DNA of 64,000 nt, from assembly GCA_035940865.1 (NCBI GenBank), contig DASZEL010000002.1, forward strand, positions 75,592 to 139,591, in the 5' to 3' direction. Source of the stretch: Solirubrobacterales bacterium. Its GTDB lineage: Bacteria; Actinomycetota; Thermoleophilia; Solirubrobacterales; 70-9. A program made the translations under genes and the position numbers. The notes under the pieces are model-generated. The model was not told the origin of the DNA and did not search any database. It saw nothing but the letters and a program-made list of their open reading frames with translations. Position 1 is the stretch's first letter, and the number at the start of each line of letters is the position of its first letter. Shown in pieces: positions 18,061 through 28,303 of the stretch.

Positions 18061-18747
18061 ATGGAGGATCAATTGCTGAAGAAGAGACTGTCCACCCCTC
18101 GAGCCGCGACGGTGGTCGTGCTGGCGGCGGCGGTTGCCGTCTCGGTGACGGTGGTGCCCTCGGTCGCCCAGTCGTTCCTGACCAACCAGCAGGCGACGAA
18201 GCAGTTCGTCAGTAACAAGAAGGCGTCGAAGCTCTACCTGAAGAAAAAGGCCGCCTCGAACCTCTACGTGGCGAAGGCGACGGCCCCGAAGCCGCCGGTC
18301 GTCGGCATCGCCGCCGGCAGCGCCCAGTTCGACGCGTTTTCGACCACGGCCGGGTACATCCCGACCGCGTTCACCTCGTTCGCGACCAAGGCCGAAGTCA
18401 GCTCGGTCGTGATCGAGTTCTCAGGCCAGGCCATCTGCACCTCGGCCAAACCGGGCCCGGATCAGGCCTGCCCGATCCAGATCCTGGTCGACGGCCAGGC
18501 GACCGGGAAAGTCAACTTCGCCCCGGCGACGGCGTCGAGCCCGACCCCGGTGCCGGTCGTCCACACCGTGGTCCAGACCGCGGTGCTGACCAAAGGCGGC
18601 CACACGGTGGCCGTCCAGTACGCGGGTGCGAAAAACGTGACGTTCACGCTGAAAGGCTGGAACCTCGCTGTGCAGGCCTACCCGCAGCCCGACGAACCGC
18701 TGCAGGTCGAAGAACCGTCCCAGGGCGGCTCTAAAGGCAGCAAGTAG
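18061..18747 (+). CDS. Secreted/membrane-anchored hypothetical protein
   Basis: ATG at 18061. An N-terminal hydrophobic segment is followed by a beta-rich Thr/Val/Ala sequence. No family was recognised. Confidence 0.5.
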   Translation: MEDQLLKKRLSTPRAATVVVLAAAVAVSVTVVPSVAQSFLTNQQATKQFVSNKKASKLYLKKKAASNLYVAKATAPKPPVVGIAAGSAQFDAFSTTAGYIPTAFTSFATKAEVSSVVIEFSGQAICTSAKPGPDQACPIQILVDGQATGKVNFAPATASSPTPVPVVHTVVQTAVLTKGGHTVAVQYAGAKNVTFTLKGWNLAVQAYPQPDEPLQVEEPSQGGSKGSK

Positions 18748-18763
18748 GGAGCCGGAAGGACTC

Positions 18764-18799
18764 GAGCCCGGACCTCGTCTGCCGACGGGGTCCGGGCTC
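18764..18799. terminator. GC-rich hairpin, likely an intrinsic terminator in a convergent gap
   Basis: Perfect 11-bp arms GAGCCCGGACC (18764-18774) and GGTCCGGGCTC (18789-18799) with a 14-nt loop, 17 nt after the 18747 stop. The downstream U-tract is weak (AGGTTTC). Confidence 0.5.
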
Positions 18800-18841
18800 A
18801 GGTTTCACAGGCAGGGCATTCAGCGCCTTCGTCGCTCACGG

Positions 18842-19045
18842 CTAGCGCTGGGGGCGGGGGAGGGTGTCGCCGAGGATCAGACGGGCGCGGTAGAAGAGCG
18901 CCTCGTCGGCCCCTCGCAACTCCGACTCCCGGTTGTCGGTCTGGGTGGTCCGATTCTGCCCGATCCCAGCCGGGCTCTCATCCCGCACCAACCCGGTCAG
19001 CCGACCCCGCGACCGGAACCTCGTCTGCTCAACGCGTCTGGTCAC
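18842..19045 (-). CDS. Small hypothetical protein (67 aa)
   Basis: The GTG start is preceded by a strong SD (AAAGGAGACATC-GTG). No family was recognised. Confidence 0.4.
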   Translation of the reverse strand: MTRRVEQTRFRSRGRLTGLVRDESPAGIGQNRTTQTDNRESELRGADEALFYRARLILGDTLPRPQR

Positions 19046-19191
19046 GATGTCTCCTTTCTGTATTTGTTGATCATCTAACTCAAGAATAGCAGGAGCAGCT
19101 ATAGGCTCGAGGGGAGGGGAGAGAATCGACCCTCAGATCCTTAGGTCCCAGTGGAGAAGGATCTGCTCACCAAGTCGCCTATGACGAGGCG

Positions 19192-19479
19192 GTGCGAGCG
19201 TTGACCGAGCAGCACGCGGTAATCGAGAGCTTCCGGAGTCGAGCGGGCCTGCTTTTCTCGGCGGCCGCCATCACGACTTCGATCGTTGCGATCTACATCG
19301 AGTCTGAACATCCTGCGGCGATCGACTCCCTTCACCGTGAACTCATCCACCACATGCACGCGAGCTACCTGCAGAACAGGGAAGGCCTCAATCTGTTGGC
19401 CGTCCTCCTCCAACTGGCAAGCGGTTTGCTGGTGTTCGAGATCGCCCTCTGGATCGTCGCCATCGCGATTAAGTCCTAG
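19192..19479 (+). CDS. Small hypothetical membrane protein (95 aa)
   Basis: Two hydrophobic segments and a GTG start with a weak SD. It lies in a lower-G+C patch. Confidence 0.25.
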   Translation: MRALTEQHAVIESFRSRAGLLFSAAAITTSIVAIYIESEHPAAIDSLHRELIHHMHASYLQNREGLNLLAVLLQLASGLLVFEIALWIVAIAIKS

Positions 19480-19682
19480 ACTTTCAGCCAATGACGCGAC
19501 CCTCTACTCCTCCGTTCGAGCCAAAACGGCCCAGTCCTATGCAGTCAGAAATGCTGGGATGGGCAGCGGCGCTGCGGACGTTGAGATCGAAACTGCGACT
19601 CCGGCGATCGAAGCAAGAGCGCTAGGTGGCGAAGTGGGGCGGGGCGTCACCCGGCAAGAAGACGCCCCACCCCGTCGCCCCT

Positions 19683-20717
19683 TCAAACGGCTGCAGGTAT
19701 CTCTGCGTCGCCGCCGTCGTGGGAACCATGGGGAGTCGAGGCCCCATGGTCTGACGGCGACGAACCGTTGAAGCTTTTGGCCTGGACCGGGCGGAGGTAG
19801 GCGATTTGGCCCTCACGCAGCTCGAGCCGCTGTAGCTCAGGGCGGGTCAGCTGCGCCCAGACCTCGGTCCCGTCGGAGAGCACGAACTCGACGCGGATCT
19901 CGAATCCGAGGGCGACGATCCGCTGCACTAGTCCCTCCTGGGTGCGGTCGTCGGGGTCGAGGACGACCTCCATGTCGTGCGGGCGCACGAAGTGCTCACC
20001 GAGCTGGTTGACCTCGCCGACGAAGCTCATCACGAACTCGTTGGCCGGGTGCTCGTAGAGCTCGTCGGCGCTGCCCGACTGCTCGACCCGCCCCTCGTTC
20101 ATCACCACCAGCTGGCCGGCGACGTCCATCGCCTCCTCCTGGTCGTGGGTGACGAAGATCGTCGTCACGTGCATCTCCTCATGGAGGCGCCGCAGCCAAG
20201 TCCGCAGGTCCTTGCGCACCTTCGCGTCGAGCGCACCGAAAGGCTCGTCGAGTAGCAGCACCTGCGGTTGCACCGCCAGCGCCCGCGCCAGCGCCATCCG
20301 CTGGCGCTGTCCGCCGGAGAGCTGGGAGGGAAAGCGCCCGGCGAGACCGTCGAGCTGAACCAGTTCGAGGAGCTCGTGGACCCGCTGGGACGTCTTCCGC
20401 TTGTCCCACTTGCGGATCTTCAGCCCGAAGGCGACGTTGTCGTACACGGTCATGTGCTTGAAGGCGGCGTAGTGCTGGAAGACGAAGCCGACGCCCCGCT
20501 TCTGGGCGGGTTTGCCAGTGGCGTCCTCACCGTTGATCGTCACCACCCCGGCATCGAGATCCTCGAGCCCGGCGATCGCCCGCAACAGCGTCGACTTGCC
20601 GCTGCCGCTGGGGCCCAGCAGGGCGGTGAGGGACCCGTCGGGCACCTCGATCGATACGTCGTCGAGCGCCTGAAAGTCACCGAAGCGCTTGCTTGCTCCC
20701 TCGACTGAGATTCCCAT
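19683..20717 (-). CDS. cysA: Sulfate/thiosulfate ABC transporter ATP-binding protein CysA
   Basis: Walker [10 protein letters not shown], signature LSGGQRQR, Walker B LLLDEPF, and a C-terminal TOBE-like regulatory domain. It is the last gene of the cysPTWA order. Confidence 0.88.
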   Translation of the reverse strand: MGISVEGASKRFGDFQALDDVSIEVPDGSLTALLGPSGSGKSTLLRAIAGLEDLDAGVVTINGEDATGKPAQKRGVGFVFQHYAAFKHMTVYDNVAFGLKIRKWDKRKTSQRVHELLELVQLDGLAGRFPSQLSGGQRQRMALARALAVQPQVLLLDEPFGALDAKVRKDLRTWLRRLHEEMHVTTIFVTHDQEEAMDVAGQLVVMNEGRVEQSGSADELYEHPANEFVMSFVGEVNQLGEHFVRPHDMEVVLDPDDRTQEGLVQRIVALGFEIRVEFVLSDGTEVWAQLTRPELQRLELREGQIAYLRPVQAKSFNGSSPSDHGASTPHGSHDGGDAEIPAAV

Positions 20718-21517
20718 CAGGCGTCCTCCTTTCGTTTCAGTAGGTTCATTGCGAAGAGGGTGATCAGGGCCAGGAGCGCCAGTACCAGCGCGGCCCCGTA
20801 GGCGCCGGGCGAGTTGAAGTTCGCGTACTGCTTCTCGACGAAGAGGGGCAGGGTCTGGGTCTGCCCGCTGATCGAACCGGAGACGATCGTCACCGCGCCG
20901 AACTCGCCGAGCACGCGGGCGGTGGTGAGGACGACGCCATAGGCGACGCCCCAGCGGATCGAGGGCAGGGTGATCTTCCAGAACGTCTGCCAGCCGTTTG
21001 CCCCTAGGGTCGAGGCCGCCATCTCCTGGTCGGTGCCGATCTCCTGCAGGACCGGGACCGTCTCGCGGACGACGAACGGCAGCGAGACGAAGATGCTGGC
21101 CAGGACCATCCCCGGAACCGAGAAGAGCACTTTGATCCCGTTGTCGGCGAGGAACCCGAGCCAGCCGTCGGTCCCGTAGAGGAGGAAGAGCGAGAGGCCG
21201 ATGACGATCGGCGAGACCGCGAACGGGAGGTTGATGATCGCGTCGATCATTCCGTTGGCCTTCGACTTGTGGCGGACCAGCAGCAGCGCGCAGACGACCC
21301 CGAAGATCGTGTTCAGCGGCACCGCGATCGCAACCATCAGCAGCGTCAGCTTCAGAGCGTGCAGGCCGTCGGGCGAGGTGACCGCGTCGAGAGGAGGACT
21401 GATCCCTTCTTCGAAGGTCTTGTAGAAGATCATCACCAGCGGGATTAGCAGCAGCATCGTCAGGTAGCCGAGCCCGAGCACCCGTAGACCCCAGCGACTG
21501 GCGGGATTGGAGGTCAC
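20717..21517 (-). CDS. cysW: Sulfate ABC transporter permease CysW
   Basis: Six-TM permease with an EAA loop ([26 protein letters not shown]). It is start/stop coupled on both sides. Confidence 0.85.
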   Translation of the reverse strand: MTSNPASRWGLRVLGLGYLTMLLLIPLVMIFYKTFEEGISPPLDAVTSPDGLHALKLTLLMVAIAVPLNTIFGVVCALLLVRHKSKANGMIDAIINLPFAVSPIVIGLSLFLLYGTDGWLGFLADNGIKVLFSVPGMVLASIFVSLPFVVRETVPVLQEIGTDQEMAASTLGANGWQTFWKITLPSIRWGVAYGVVLTTARVLGEFGAVTIVSGSISGQTQTLPLFVEKQYANFNSPGAYGAALVLALLALITLFAMNLLKRKEDA

Positions 21518-22407
21518 AGTGCGCCTCCGTCTCCGCTGACGTCCTTGGCGATCGTCGGGATGAACTCGCTCGAGCTGCGGTCGTGGCGGATCGCCCAGCG
21601 CTGGATTAGCGAGACGACGCCGAGCAGCAGCAGCGAGGCGACCAGCAGGACCACCGAGACGGCGGAGGCGCCGACGTCATTGCCGGACTCCACCTGGTTG
21701 CGGATGAAGACCGAGGTGACCGTCGTGTCCGGCAGGCCGCCGGCGAAGAGCAGGACCGAGCCGAACTCGCCGAGGGCGCGGGCGAACGCAAGCGCGACGC
21801 CGGCGGCGAGGCCGGGGAGAAGGTTGGGGAAGATGATGCGGCGGAAGATCGTGAAGCTGCCCGCCCCCAGCGAGGCCGCCGCGGCCTCCATCTCCCGGTC
21901 CATCTCCAGCAACAGCGGCTGCACGGCGCGGACGACGAAGGGGAGGGTGACGAACATCAGGGCGACGACGACGGCGGCGCGGGTCGCTGCCAGGTGGATC
22001 CCGAGCGGGCTGTCGTTGCCGTAAAGCGTCAGCAGGGTGAGGCTGGCGACGATCGTCGGCAGCGCGAACGGCAGGTCGATCACGGCGTTGACCGCGCCCT
22101 TGCCCGGGAAGTCGTCACGGACCAGGAGCCAGGCCAAGATGGTGCCAAAGATCGCGTTGATGACGACGACGATCAGCGAGCAGACCACCGTCAGCTTCAG
22201 GCTCTTCGCCGCGAGGGGGGAAGTGACCTGGTCCCAGAAGGTTCCGAGGCCGCCGGCGAACGCTTCGCTGCCTACCGCGGCCAGCGGCAGCAGCACGATC
22301 AGGCTCAGGTAGAGCACGACGACGCCGTAGCCGGAGCCGACGCCCAACCCGGGCAGGCGCAAGCCTGCCCGGGGGGCGCGAGAGCGGGTGAGGGTTCCTG
22401 CCTCCAT
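21514..22407 (-). CDS. cysT: Sulfate ABC transporter permease CysT
   Basis: Permease with an EAA loop ([26 protein letters not shown]), located between the binding protein and CysW. Confidence 0.85.
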   Translation of the reverse strand: MEAGTLTRSRAPRAGLRLPGLGVGSGYGVVVLYLSLIVLLPLAAVGSEAFAGGLGTFWDQVTSPLAAKSLKLTVVCSLIVVVINAIFGTILAWLLVRDDFPGKGAVNAVIDLPFALPTIVASLTLLTLYGNDSPLGIHLAATRAAVVVALMFVTLPFVVRAVQPLLLEMDREMEAAAASLGAGSFTIFRRIIFPNLLPGLAAGVALAFARALGEFGSVLLFAGGLPDTTVTSVFIRNQVESGNDVGASAVSVVLLVASLLLLGVVSLIQRWAIRHDRSSSEFIPTIAKDVSGDGGAL

Positions 22408-22410
22408 CGA

Positions 22411-23472
22411 TCAGCCGGAGGTGGAGACCCCGAGTTCGGTCTCGATCTGGGCGACCGAGCCGGATTCTTCGTCGAAGAATTCGTCGTTGACCTTGCCCCA
22501 GCCGCCGAATTTGCTGATCTTGAACAGCTGTTTCGGGGTCGGGAACTGCTTCGGGTCGACCAGCTTCGGGTTGACAGGGCGGTAGCCGTTTTCAGCCCAC
22601 AGTTCCTGGGCTTCGTCGGACCAGAGCCAGTTGAGGAAGTCTTCCGCTGCCGGCTCCGGCGCGTCTTTGGTGACCGCGATTGGGGTTTCGATCTGCAGCG
22701 TCGCAGGCGGAATCACGTATTCCACGTCTTCGCCTTCTTTTTCGGCCTTGATCGCTTCGTTCTCGTAGGTGAGGAGCACGTCGCCCTGGCCCTGGGCGAA
22801 GGCCGAGAAGGCATCGCGTCCGCTGCCCGGCTGGGCGGCGGTCTTTTCGAGCACGGTCTTGACCGCCTCGAGCGCCTGCTCGGGCGAGTCGCCTTCTTCC
22901 AGCGCCGAGCCGTAGACGGCCATGATGTTCCAGCGGGCCGAGCCGGAGCTGAACGGGTTCGGGGTGATCACCTCGACGTCTTTGTCCTCGATGTCCTTGA
23001 AGGACTTGATCCCCTCCGGGTTGCCCGAGCGGGTGAGGATGACGACGACCGAGTTGGTGGCGATGCCCTTGTATTTGTTCGCTTCCCAGTTCTTGGCGAC
23101 GAGTTCGCCTTCCTCGACGAGCCGTTCCATGTCGCCGGCCTGGGAGAAGTGGACGATCGACGCGGGCTGGCCCGCAACCACGGCGCGGCTCTGGTCGCCG
23201 GAGGCACCGAAAGAGTTGCTGAAGCTGACGCCCGCGCCCTGCGAGGTTTCTTCGAAGGCGGGCTCGAGGGTTTCGGCGTAGACGGATTCCGGAGTGGAGT
23301 AGCCGACCACGTCGAGCTTCCCGCCCCCGGAGGAGCTGGAGCCGGTGTCCGAGCCGGTGGCGCTGCTGTCACTGCCTCCGCAGCCGGCGGCGACGATTGC
23401 GACTAGCAGGGTGAGGGCGGCGAGGAGGCCGACCGTCACGCTGCGCCGCCGGGTAGTGCGAGCGTTCCGCAT
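22411..23472 (-). CDS. cysP: Sulfate-binding lipoprotein (Sbp/CysP)
   Basis: ATG at 23472 follows AAGGAAGGA. Lipobox VAAGC. Sulfate-binding-protein-like blocks are present (VVILTRSGNPEGIKSFKDI, SGSARWN, LLTYENEAI). Confidence 0.85.
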   Translation of the reverse strand: MRNARTTRRRSVTVGLLAALTLLVAIVAAGCGGSDSSATGSDTGSSSSGGGKLDVVGYSTPESVYAETLEPAFEETSQGAGVSFSNSFGASGDQSRAVVAGQPASIVHFSQAGDMERLVEEGELVAKNWEANKYKGIATNSVVVILTRSGNPEGIKSFKDIEDKDVEVITPNPFSSGSARWNIMAVYGSALEEGDSPEQALEAVKTVLEKTAAQPGSGRDAFSAFAQGQGDVLLTYENEAIKAEKEGEDVEYVIPPATLQIETPIAVTKDAPEPAAEDFLNWLWSDEAQELWAENGYRPVNPKLVDPKQFPTPKQLFKISKFGGWGKVNDEFFDEESGSVAQIETELGVSTSG

Positions 23473-23635
23473 CAAGTTGATTCCTTCCTTTTTCGACTTA
23501 CTTACTTTCTTGAGCGTCTTACTGCTCAATCAGTGGCGCGGCAGCCTAGCACAAAGTCGATCAGAAAAGTCTGGAATCCTGATCCGAATTCCGGGATTCG
23601 AGGTCAACAATCCCTTCGCGGCTTAGACTGCGGCG

Positions 23636-24523
23636 ATGCCTATCGACGCCGTCCGCACCCCGGACGAGCTCCTGGAAGGGCTGCCGGATTATCCCTTCGC
23701 GTCCCGCTACCGCGAGGTCGACGGGCTGCGTCTGGCCCATCTGGACGAGGGGGAGGGGCCGCCGGTGGTCTTCTTCCATGGCGAGCCGACCTGGTCATTC
23801 CTCTGGCGCAAGGTGATCCCGCCGGTGCGCGAGGCCGGCTACCGCTGCATCGCTCCCGACTACGCCGGCTTCGGCCGCTCCGACAAGCCCACCGATCTCG
23901 GCTGGTACACGTACGACCGCCACGTCGAGCTGATGGCGGCGCTGCTGGAGGAACTGGACCTGCGCGACGCCACCGCGGTCGTCCACGACTGGGGAGGGCC
24001 GATCGGGCTGCGGCTGGGGGTCGAGCACCCCGACCGCATCTCCCGCCTGGTGATCATGGAGACCGGCCCGTTCACCGGCCGCCAGAAGATGAGCGACGCC
24101 TGGTTCGCTTTCCGCGACTTCGTCCGCGACAACGAGGACGTGCCGGTCGGGTTCCTGATCAAAGGCGGCTGTAGGAACGATCCGGGCGACGAGGTGATTG
24201 CCGCCTACGACGCTCCTTATATAGACGGCGCTTCGAAGGCCGGCGTCCGCGCCTTTCCGCTGATCCTGCCGACGACCCCCGATGCGGTCGGTGCAGCCGA
24301 GGGCAAACGCGTCGCCGACTCGCTGCGGGAGGACGACCGGCCCGCGCTCGTCCTCTGGGCGGACTCCGACCCGATCCTGCCGTTCTCGGTCGGCGAGCGC
24401 GTCTCCAGCGAGCTCAACTTCCCACCGCCGCGCCCGGTCGCAAACGCTTCGCACTTCCTGCAAGAGGATGCGGGCGCGGAGATCGGCGCGACGATTGCCG
24501 AGTGGCTTCAGGCCGACGCCTGA
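23636..24523 (+). CDS. Haloalkane dehalogenase-family alpha/beta hydrolase
   Basis: LPDYPF...YREVDGLRLAHLDEG, HGEPTWSFLWRKVIP, APDYAGFGRSDKP and the nucleophile-elbow block VVHDWGGPIGL match the HLD-I (DhlA/DhmA-like) pattern. Confidence 0.8.
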   Translation: MPIDAVRTPDELLEGLPDYPFASRYREVDGLRLAHLDEGEGPPVVFFHGEPTWSFLWRKVIPPVREAGYRCIAPDYAGFGRSDKPTDLGWYTYDRHVELMAALLEELDLRDATAVVHDWGGPIGLRLGVEHPDRISRLVIMETGPFTGRQKMSDAWFAFRDFVRDNEDVPVGFLIKGGCRNDPGDEVIAAYDAPYIDGASKAGVRAFPLILPTTPDAVGAAEGKRVADSLREDDRPALVLWADSDPILPFSVGERVSSELNFPPPRPVANASHFLQEDAGAEIGATIAEWLQADA

Positions 24524-25611
24524 GCCCGCGCGATCAGGTTCGTCATCTGCTCATGGGAATGCTCGCGTAGGAGCTGGACGCGCCGTGGGGGCTGGTCGTC
24601 CTCGACCCAGGTGACGGTCCCGGGCCAGTAGGGGCTGGGGGGTCGTCCGGGGTGGTGGAAGGCGGTGGCGAAGACCCAGCTGCCGGTGTTGTGGAGCCGC
24701 CCGCCGCGCGGCAGCTCCCACTCGGGTTCCTCGGGCAGCGGGCCGCCGCGGTGAGTATGGCCGGTAATCACGTGGACGTCGTCGATCCCGAGGCGGACTG
24801 CCAGCTCGATCCCGGCGGCGACGCCGCTGCGGAAGATCGCGGCCGGGGTGACGTCGGGGTCGAAGTCGGCGCGCAGGAGCTTGTTGAGGCCACGGATCGC
24901 GGTCGGGAAGCCTGCGCGGCCGGCCCGTGCGCGCCAGCTCAGGCCCTTGGCGTCGCCGGCGAGAACCTCCCACCAGTGCTCGAAGGGGCCGTTGCGGCGG
25001 CGCTTCGCCGGCAGCACCTGCGCCAGGCCGTAGGCGAATCCGTAGAGGGGACGGAGCACCCGCTCGTAGTCGGTCGGCGTGGCGGGTTGCGGCGGCGGAC
25101 CGAGCAGGCGCATCATCAGCGCCGCCGCTACGCACTCTGCCCGCGGCAGCGCCAGATGGGCGTCGACGTAATGCCCGTGGGTCGCGTAGACGTCGTCGCG
25201 CAGCCAAATCCCCGGGTAGGCGGCCTGCAGGCGCGCCGGTCCGAGCCACTCGTCGAGCATCGCCAGCGGCCCCGGCGCCGGCGCGTAGACCTGCTCGAGG
25301 CCAAGCGCAGGCTCGCCGGCGATCGAGAGCTGGTCGAGCAGCGGCTCGGCGAGGCGGGCGTCGTGGTTGCCGGGGACGAGCGTGACCTCGATCTCGCCGA
25401 TCGCTTCCCCCAGCTCCTCGAAGAACGGGCGGGCTCGCTCCATGGAGGGGCCGAGCGGAAGGTTCCGCAGCTCGACCACGTCCCCGAGCAGCAGCAAGCG
25501 GTCGGCCCCCGCGATCTCCGCGAAGAGGACGCGGCGGACCGCGGCGTCGCGGAGGACGTCCTCGTCGCTGGCCACGCCGAGGTGGAGGTCGGAGATGATC
25601 GCCGTCCGCAC
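24508..25611 (-). CDS. Metallophosphoesterase
   Basis: IISDLHLG, LLLLGDVVE and TLVPGNHD motifs, plus a late GHTHR. It overlaps the convergent dehalogenase gene by 16 nt. Confidence 0.8.
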   Translation of the reverse strand: MRTAIISDLHLGVASDEDVLRDAAVRRVLFAEIAGADRLLLLGDVVELRNLPLGPSMERARPFFEELGEAIGEIEVTLVPGNHDARLAEPLLDQLSIAGEPALGLEQVYAPAPGPLAMLDEWLGPARLQAAYPGIWLRDDVYATHGHYVDAHLALPRAECVAAALMMRLLGPPPQPATPTDYERVLRPLYGFAYGLAQVLPAKRRRNGPFEHWWEVLAGDAKGLSWRARAGRAGFPTAIRGLNKLLRADFDPDVTPAAIFRSGVAAGIELAVRLGIDDVHVITGHTHRGGPLPEEPEWELPRGGRLHNTGSWVFATAFHHPGRPPSPYWPGTVTWVEDDQPPRRVQLLREHSHEQMTNLIARAQASA

Positions 25612-25688
25612 CCGACCGTTCTACCGAACCAACGTCAACCTCTGCGCGTCGGGTTTGGCTGCCCAGCCAGGCTGGGTAACCTTCCGGG

Positions 25689-26603
25689 ATGCACAAGTTT
25701 TCCGCGGAAACGATGGCGCCCGCCAACGGAATCGAGCTCTGCTACCAGGAGATGGGCGACCCGGACGGTGAGCCGCTGCTCCTGATCATGGGCCTGGCGA
25801 CGCAGATGATCGCCTGGGACGAGGAGTTCTGTCGGATGCTGGCGGAGCGCGGCTTCCGCGTCGTCCGCTTCGACAACCGCGACATCGGCCGTTCGACCAA
25901 GGTCGGCAGAGCCGGGGTGCCGAACGTGCTCGACCTTCTCGTCGGCCGTGGTCAACCCGAGTACCGGCTGCGCGACATGGCCGACGACACCATCGGGCTG
26001 ATGGACCATCTCGGGATCGAGGCCGCCCACGTCGTCGGCGCCTCGATGGGCGGGATGATCGCCCAGTGCACCGCGATCGGCCACCCCGAGCGGGTGCGCT
26101 CGCTCTGCTCGATCATGTCGACGACCGGCAGCCGCCGCGTCGGCCACCCCAGCTACAAGACCTTCGGCCTCCTGCTCGGCAAACCGCCGCGCGAGCGCGA
26201 GGCCGCGATCGAGCGCGCCGTCAAAACCTTCAAGACGATCGGCTCGCCCGGCTACCCCTTCGAGGAAGAGCGGATCCGGGCGATCGCTGCCCGCTCCTTT
26301 GCCCGCGGCCACAGCCAGGCCGGCATCGCCCGCCAGCTGCACGCGATCACCGCCTCCGGCGACCGCACCTCCCACCTGCGCAAGCTCAACCTGCCGACGG
26401 TCGTCATCCACGGCAAGAGCGACGTCCTCGTCAACCCCTCCGGCGGCCGCGCCACCGCTCGCGCCATCCCCGCCGCCCGCCTGAAGATGATCGACGGCAT
26501 GGGCCACGACATGCCCCGTGCCCTCTGGCCGACCTTCGTCGAGGGGATCTCCTGCAACGCCGCCCGAGCGCCGCAGGAGAAACCGGCCGCCCAAGCGGCC
26601 TAG
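25689..26603 (+). CDS. Alpha/beta hydrolase
   Basis: Oxyanion region LLLIMG, nucleophile elbow GASMGG, and a C-terminal GHDMP with the catalytic His. Confidence 0.8.
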   Translation: MHKFSAETMAPANGIELCYQEMGDPDGEPLLLIMGLATQMIAWDEEFCRMLAERGFRVVRFDNRDIGRSTKVGRAGVPNVLDLLVGRGQPEYRLRDMADDTIGLMDHLGIEAAHVVGASMGGMIAQCTAIGHPERVRSLCSIMSTTGSRRVGHPSYKTFGLLLGKPPREREAAIERAVKTFKTIGSPGYPFEEERIRAIAARSFARGHSQAGIARQLHAITASGDRTSHLRKLNLPTVVIHGKSDVLVNPSGGRATARAIPAARLKMIDGMGHDMPRALWPTFVEGISCNAARAPQEKPAAQAA

Positions 26604-26614
26604 TCATCAGGGGA

Positions 26615-26698
26615 TGCGGCTGAGAGGAGTCGAACCTCCACGAGCTTTCGCCCACACGGACCTGAACCGTGCGCGTCTACCAGTTCCGCCACAGCCGC
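26615..26698 (-). tRNA. tRNA-Leu (anticodon CAG), class II with a long variable arm; CCA is not encoded
   Basis: Hand-folded. Acceptor GCGGCTG/CAGCCGC, D-arm GCGGAACTGGTAGACGC, anticodon stem CACGG/CCGTG with loop TTCAGGT, a 15-nt variable arm, and T-arm GGAGG-TTCGACT-CCTCT. Confidence 0.9.
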
Positions 26699-26791
26699 GC
26701 GGAGCAGGCAATTTACCGGTTGGCGTCCCGCGGCCCATCCCCGGCCTCATCGCGCCTCCCGCCGGCGGATCGCTAAAATGGACGCATCCTC

Positions 26792-26864
26792 GCCGCTATC
26801 GTCTAGGGGACTAGGACGCCGGATTCTCAGTCCGGAAACCGGGGTTCGAATCCCCGTAGCGGTA
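26792..26864 (+). tRNA. tRNA-Glu (anticodon CUC); CCA is not encoded
   Basis: Hand-folded. Acceptor GCCGCTA/TAGCGGT, D-arm GTCTAGGGGACTAGGAC, anticodon stem CCGGA/TCCGG with loop TTCTCAG, and T-arm CGGGG-TTCGAAT-CCCCG. Confidence 0.9.
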
Positions 26865-26951
26865 TAGCTGGGGTCCGCCGAGGGTAATTCCCACCACTAA
26901 GTTCCTTTGTTTCTGGTAGGAATTGTTCTGTGTGCGGCAGGAGGGTCGGCG

Positions 26952-27452
26952 ATGGGTGCCCTTGAGGTGCCAGAGTTACGGAGCGCCTTTGAGCGCGCCA
27001 ACATCGACTCGGGCGAGTGGGCTAACTCGGCGAAGCTGGTTGACGACATGTGCCTGGAGCAAGGCATTAGTGCCAGCACGCTGGGGAGATTCACCGAGCT
27101 CTCTCAAGTCGAGGTCTATCGCGACCCAGACGGGGCTTCGCCAACGAAGACCCATCTGTTGGCAGTCCTCGACGTCGGACTCGTCCTCATGCGGGAAGTG
27201 GGCATTCTCAAGAAGCGCACGGATGCCCAGTTCCTGTTCTTCTCGGAGTTCGGGAATGGATCATTTTCCCCACAGGAGAGTGTGGGCGGGCGCGGATGGG
27301 GCCACATGGACATCCAGGCTGCACAGGGTTCGCTCCCACTCTTCCGTCTCGGCTGGTACTTCGACGAACGTTCGTCGGATCCACGCCACGCGATCAACGC
27401 CGCGGCGGCCGAGCGGGACCGGATTCTCGTGGCAATCGAGCGCTGGACCTAG
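26952..27452 (+). CDS. Hypothetical protein (islet cargo)
   Basis: I prefer the ATG at 26952, preceded by AGGAGGG, over the TTG at 26907. No family was recognised. Confidence 0.45.
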   Translation: MGALEVPELRSAFERANIDSGEWANSAKLVDDMCLEQGISASTLGRFTELSQVEVYRDPDGASPTKTHLLAVLDVGLVLMREVGILKKRTDAQFLFFSEFGNGSFSPQESVGGRGWGHMDIQAAQGSLPLFRLGWYFDERSSDPRHAINAAAAERDRILVAIERWT

Positions 27453-27492
27453 TCGACGACCCGACGCGGGTCATTTGGATCTCCCAGCTATT

Positions 27493-27843
27493 TCAGCTCG
27501 TCAGCAGGAGTTCAATCGCGGCGATGAACTCGGCGGCGCCTTTAACGAATCCGGCGGCTTCCTCAGGACTGGCCGGGGCAGCCTCGTAGTCGCCTTCCTC
27601 GCGGGCGGCTTTGGCCCGGCGGGCAAGGGCGCTGAGATGTTGGTCGAACTCACCAGGGGCAACGAAGACTTGGCTGAACAGCGTCCAGATGCCGCTATGA
27701 GTCTTGGCGTACTCGCCTCTCTCAGAGAGAGCGGCTCGGGCTGCGTAGAGCATTCCGTAGTAGGCGGCGCTGACTACAACCGCTGGATGGGCGGTTCCCA
27801 GAATTGCTTCGGCATCGGCCAATCGGTCGCGCGCCTGTTCCAT
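27493..27843 (-). CDS. HEPN-domain toxin (HEPN/MNT type VII TA module)
   Basis: ATG at 27843 follows GAGGAG. The protein is all-helical and immediately downstream of the nucleotidyltransferase gene. It is the 3' part of a 213-aa track ORF. Confidence 0.6.
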   Translation of the reverse strand: MEQARDRLADAEAILGTAHPAVVVSAAYYGMLYAARAALSERGEYAKTHSGIWTLFSQVFVAPGEFDQHLSALARRAKAAREEGDYEAAPASPEEAAGFVKGAAEFIAAIELLLTS

Positions 27844-27863
27844 GAACTCCTCGGAACGGGGAC

Positions 27864-28262
27864 TCAATCCAGGGCGCTCCCGGCGAGGACAATCTTGTCG
27901 CGGTCGACCTCTTGGATGAAGAAAGACTCGATCGCGCGGCGGCGGTCCAGCCACGCGGGGTCGTGGACATGGACCGAGTAGTTGAATGGGCTCTCGCCCT
28001 CGGAGATCGCGGCTTCTTCGCTGAGGTCGCCGGCGATCCGCCCATAGCGGTCCCGCCCGCCCTCGGCGATCACCAGCAAATCGACGTCGGACTCTGGATG
28101 TGCGGTTCCGCGAGCGCGGGAGCCGTAGAGCCAAAGGGCGCGAAGATCGCTGCCGAGCTCGCTATTCAAGCGCGCCGCGAATTGCTCGACCGTCCGCCGC
28201 TCGCTCTCGGTGAGTTGCGCTGCGTTCAGCTGATTGGCCGTTGCGTGCTGCATTGCCGTCAA
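27864..28262 (-). CDS. Minimal nucleotidyltransferase (MNT) antitoxin
   Basis: Pol-beta-type NTase motif LYGSRARGTAHPESDVDLLV (GSxxxG...DxD). Confidence 0.75.
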   Translation of the reverse strand: MTAMQHATANQLNAAQLTESERRTVEQFAARLNSELGSDLRALWLYGSRARGTAHPESDVDLLVIAEGGRDRYGRIAGDLSEEAAISEGESPFNYSVHVHDPAWLDRRRAIESFFIQEVDRDKIVLAGSALD

Positions 28263-28303
28263 GGATAGGACGGAAGGTAGCGAGGGACGTGAATTTTCCC
28301 TAC

